Below, in pieces: positions 60,176-64,000 of a stretch of DNA of 64,000 nucleotides. The DNA comes from Flectonema sp. DT1601. Its lineage: Eukaryota. The notes beneath the pieces are model-generated. The model did not search any database. It had not been told where the DNA came from and saw only the letters and a program-made list of their open reading frames with translations. Numbering within the stretch: position 1 is the first letter of the stretch; each line of letters starts with the position of its first letter. Position numbers and translations under genes: made by a program. The stretch lies in NCBI GenBank assembly GCA_964019425.1, contig OZ025782.1, forward strand, positions 1,054,001-1,118,000. Reading direction: 5' to 3'.

Positions 60176-61483
60176 CTACGCTGCATGACTACACTGTATC
60201 TTAACATTACAGATGAATAGAGGTGAGTCAAGAATACCTAGTTTCCAACCACCTAAAACCATGCAGAAGGTTAGGCAAACGTAGAACCAGTTTGAGAAAT
60301 TTACACTCACTTCATGTTCTGTTTTTAATTTATCGGAATGATCAACACCAGAGATAACAGGAATAACAGCCTTCGCAAGATGAGAAGAAGGATGAATTGG
60401 TTCTAAGACATGAGAAGCCCACACAGTGACAATCTCACCTTCGGAATTGAGAACTGAAGAATGGTCGCCGAATGAATCGGTTTTTCCTACAAATAAGTCA
60501 CTCGATTTCTGCATGTGTTGTGTGTCAAAGAATCGAATATAAATTCCCTTCTCAGCTTCGAAACTAGCAAGAAACGAAACTGCGAAACCAACTCCTGGCA
60601 TACACACGACTGCGGTGTTTGCGTCGCTCTGTTTCTTAGAAACTGTCGTCTCTCCGCCCATCAACGTACCCTTGCTATCGAACCCTTGAACTAGTGCTGT
60701 TCCATTACTGCTCCACGATACAAGATACTCACCAGGCATCGCACAGACAGAAAGAGTCCTTGCTGATTCAGCATTCTTTATAACATCGAACACATCAGTT
60801 GCTGCAACTCCGCTGCAGCTGTAGGTCCTGCCCTGAATGGACTTGTCCACTTGCCAAACGACAACAAACTCGCTTTTGTCTGAATTCACAGTAACAGATG
60901 GCACGATTCCTGCTGTGGTGGCGGACAAAGATGCAGACAACTTGGCTCTCGAAATCTCCACAACCACTTCATCCTTCCCTATTGCCTGAGCCTCGCTGTT
61001 AAACATCTGAAAAGCAATACCAGCAGTGTGTTCGTTCTTGAAACCCCACACAACTACAAACCCATCAGTTAATGCTGCTACTCGTGGTCTTAGTCGGTAA
61101 TCCTCTTGTTCCCCTACTTTGAAAAGTCCTTTCGTCTTCTGCAAATTATTTGACAACAGCTGACCGAGTGTAACTTCTTTCCCACTCACAGGGTCGGGTA
61201 CGGAATTCCACACCACTATGAAGTGACCAGAATCTAACCTTGCCGCGTCAGGAAACAGAGAATAAGATGCTCTGACACCGTCGTCAAAAACTGTTTCCGA
61301 TTCGAGTGCATGGAATTTCGAATCGAGTATCTGAGCTTCTACGTCCAGATCGTATTTAGTCGACACCGTGAGTATGTCACTATTCCGAATTGGAATGATT
61401 CTTGTTTCCCAAAGATTCGGCAACGTCGTCAAAGCAGTGCTCTGGCAGACGCATGCCACTGCGAACAACACTCTAAAAAACAT
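60176..61483 (-). CDS. Secreted/type I membrane protein with 'VAAL.DG.FVVVW'-type beta repeats
   Basis: Signal peptide MFFRVLFAVACVCQSTA; repeats AARLDSGHFIVVW, VAALTDGFVVVW, SEFVVVW, GEYLVSW and GEIVTVW; a C-terminal hydrophobic segment. ATG at 61483 follows CTCACAG. Confidence 0.8.
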   Translation of the reverse strand: MFFRVLFAVACVCQSTALTTLPNLWETRIIPIRNSDILTVSTKYDLDVEAQILDSKFHALESETVFDDGVRASYSLFPDAARLDSGHFIVVWNSVPDPVSGKEVTLGQLLSNNLQKTKGLFKVGEQEDYRLRPRVAALTDGFVVVWGFKNEHTAGIAFQMFNSEAQAIGKDEVVVEISRAKLSASLSATTAGIVPSVTVNSDKSEFVVVWQVDKSIQGRTYSCSGVAATDVFDVIKNAESARTLSVCAMPGEYLVSWSSNGTALVQGFDSKGTLMGGETTVSKKQSDANTAVVCMPGVGFAVSFLASFEAEKGIYIRFFDTQHMQKSSDLFVGKTDSFGDHSSVLNSEGEIVTVWASHVLEPIHPSSHLAKAVIPVISGVDHSDKLKTEHEVSVNFSNWFYVCLTFCMVLGGWKLGILDSPLFICNVKIQCSHAA

Positions 61484-62884
61484 AATAAGATGCTGTGAGA
61501 ATGAGGAGAATAATAAAACCAAAATTAAACATTTGATACAAAAATAGTTGAGAACGCAAGGCTTTTCTGTCTTCATGTCTTTGCATATAACTGATTGAAA
61601 TAAAATATTTAGTGAGCTTGTCGTGTAAGCAAGAGTACCTTAGAGGGGGGTATTCGCATCAACAGGTAAACTTTGATTTACTTCGTCAGAATGCCTGGGT
61701 TTTAGCCCCCCCGACTGTCTCGAGGTGGCTGGGTCAGATACTACTGAGTGGGCGAGGTTGTTCCCAAAGAGGTAATGGCAGGGCATGTTCTCTTCCCCCT
61801 CGCAGCATCACATATTCCTGAACGAAGTATTCTCGACACCGAGTTGAGATCGGATCACGTGCGGATACGTGAGTAGATAATATTGCGGCTGCAATTTAAG
61901 TTCTGTCAATCTCGATGCTGTTGCCGATTGCGGTAACATTCCAGTACTTTAATTTTCTATTTTTGCCGCGCGTTTCTGCAACCATGACGATTACAGTAAC
62001 TAAAGAGTGACGCACGTTACTGCTCTTTCACCAGGTAGACACTGACAAAACCTGCTGAGAAATAAAAAAAGTCTATAAAGATAAAATCCATACATACTTT
62101 CTTAGAATTTAAAACCCCATTTTATTTATTTATTTATTTTATTTTTTTTCATTACTTTACTTCTTCACAACATTTGTTGAAAAGTGTTGAGAAAGATCTT
62201 TTATTTATTTACGAAGCCTAGGAGCCAAAAGCCTGAAAAAGCTCAACAGGGTAACAGTTATATCGCTACCAGCAACCGTGAGACTCTCACAGACGATAAG
62301 AGACGTTAGGTAATACTATGGTTATCAGTCAAAAGAAGGGGAGAGGGCGGGAAAATTCAATCGAATGCACAAGTTCGTAGGACAACAAACAAATAATGGA
62401 ACGATAAGAGACGTTAGTTGGTATAGACGTAGAATAACCTGAAACAAATGACCACCTAAACCCACCGCCCGCGAGCAGACAGATTAAAAAAGAAAACAAA
62501 TGAAGTATTATAAGAATTCCAAAGGAAATAGATAGATAGATAGATAGATAAGGAAGTCCAATACATTGCGTACTGTGCATCGCTGATACAGCAAACTAAA
62601 GAGCATCGGGTTAACTCCCTAGAGCTACGAGGCAACAGCAACGTAATTAGACCCAATCTTATTAGGATTGTTTTATTATAGCTTCGGCTGACGGGGCATA
62701 ATGAACACAGTATGCCTATTGTCAGCTTTCCACCTTGTCCGATTGTTGTCAGGAAGTGATATGAGGATAACTAAAGAGAAAAGAAAACAAATAAATGAAT
62801 AAATAAAATTAAAAATAAAATAAAATAAAATATATAAAAACAAAGACTCTGGGGGCGGGGCGTTTAGATTCTGTAAGGGATAGA

Positions 62885-64000
62885 ATTTTTCTTTATTTTA
62901 TTTTTTTGATAATGTTGTATATAACTAAAGGAGAGTTATCGAACTTGTCTGTTAAACCACGCCGCATCGATACGGCTGTATTGGGAGTCCTGGATTTTGT
63001 CGAGGAGCTTTTTCATGCTTGTATCGTTGTTAAGATAGTCAGGATAGCAGTACATCCATACCCAATCAAGATTGGTATGTATTTCCTCTATGTCGGTGAG
63101 AGTGTAGGCTTCTTTAATGTACGCAACGACTGTTTTTCGTGTTGCTGTGTTGAAGGTCGGAAAGCTAGTCCACTTATACAAATGTTCCATAAGGTGCTGT
63201 TGAGGTATTGCCTGCCATAATGGGAGTTCATGTAATTTCATTATCAACTTCATAAGCTCTGGTTGGTGTTCTGTCGAGAAGAATTTGTGGAGGTTTTGAC
63301 CGACATCCATTTCTCCTTGTTCAAGAGTTGCTGTTGGTGGGAAGTATTGTTGCACAATTGGGCGTAATGCGAGACAATTGAATAATAAGTGATGCGTGCT
63401 TGTTAACGGCTCGTTACAGAAGTTGCAATTCGTGAGACCCTGAGAGGGGATCTTGATCAAATGGTGGTGACCCGTGCGGAGGCGTGAAATGTGTACTTCA
63501 TCAGACCGCTTCAGGTTTGGATGGAAGCGTTGAATTCTTCCCCCGAGGGTTGACCAATAGTGAACGTGGTTAGAGTCTCTTTCCCTTAACCATATCTTGT
63601 TAACTTGATTCGTGATAGAGCACTGAACCATTCGGTAGTCGAAAGCTACCTCTGTAATTTGGAGAGTATCAGAAGACGCTGCTTTACTTGCTTGCGAATC
63701 GGCCAGCTCGTTACCAATTATTCCACAATGGGAGGGCACAAATTGGAAGGTGATCGGGCGACGGAGCAGCATTATGCGTTTTAAAATTTCCATGTTCGTG
63801 GTGGATCTCTGGCGGAGATATCCCTTTGCCAGGCTGCTTACCGAGGACTGACTGTCGGTGATGATATGGACTCTCCCTCTGGGGAGCCAGGAGGAGTGTT
63901 CTTCCAACAGTTCAACTGCTGATAGGAGAGCTTGTTGCTCCGCATTGTATATCATCAGTGCAGGTGTATAGCGCTTCCTCTTAGAGAAGCATTTGTTTCC
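62885..64000 (-). mobile_element. 3' end of a non-LTR retrotransposon (I/Ingi-type) with RNase H and CCHC finger
   Basis: The ORF is open from the window edge to a stop at 62936. RNase H motifs YNAEQQAL, IITDSQS and FVPSHCGIIGNELAD; then SRLRTGH and CNFC..HLLFNC. An A-rich tail on the minus strand lies at ~62885-62907. Confidence 0.88.

Overview
AT-rich eukaryotic genomic DNA. About 22 protein genes all lie on the minus strand, with short GT-AG cis-introns (donors GTATGT/GTTTGT/GTATGA, A-rich ..AACAG acceptors) and an AG acceptor just upstream of most start codons. This organisation, plus BT1, GT67-like and PPR genes, suggests a euglenozoan, most plausibly a diplonemid, with polycistronic transcription and trans-splicing (inference). 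Spliced gene models built by hand: UBR-type N-recognin E3 ligase (runs off the left edge), helical-repeat RNA-binding-like protein, BT1 transporter, RMI2-like, GT34-like, SAC9-like phosphatase, Patched/NPC1-like, PDZ, CAP/SCP, HBD-RNase H1, a 68-aa membrane microprotein, PPR, CLU-like/TPR, PTEN, two tandem GT8-like::GT67-like glycosyltransferases, two tandem copies of a secreted repeat protein, and the 3' end of an RNase H-bearing non-LTR retrotransposon at the right edge. The most unexpected signals are non-coding. Two dispersed LSU (28S) rRNA fragments occur: one ~185 nt piece sits antisense inside an intron whose paralogous intron lacks it, the other is an internally collapsed mosaic upstream of the PPR gene. 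There is also a dense set of co-oriented modular intergenic repeats with (CTAA)n-like ends, and a marked 3' bias of intron positions. No database searches were run; family calls rest on motif recognition.
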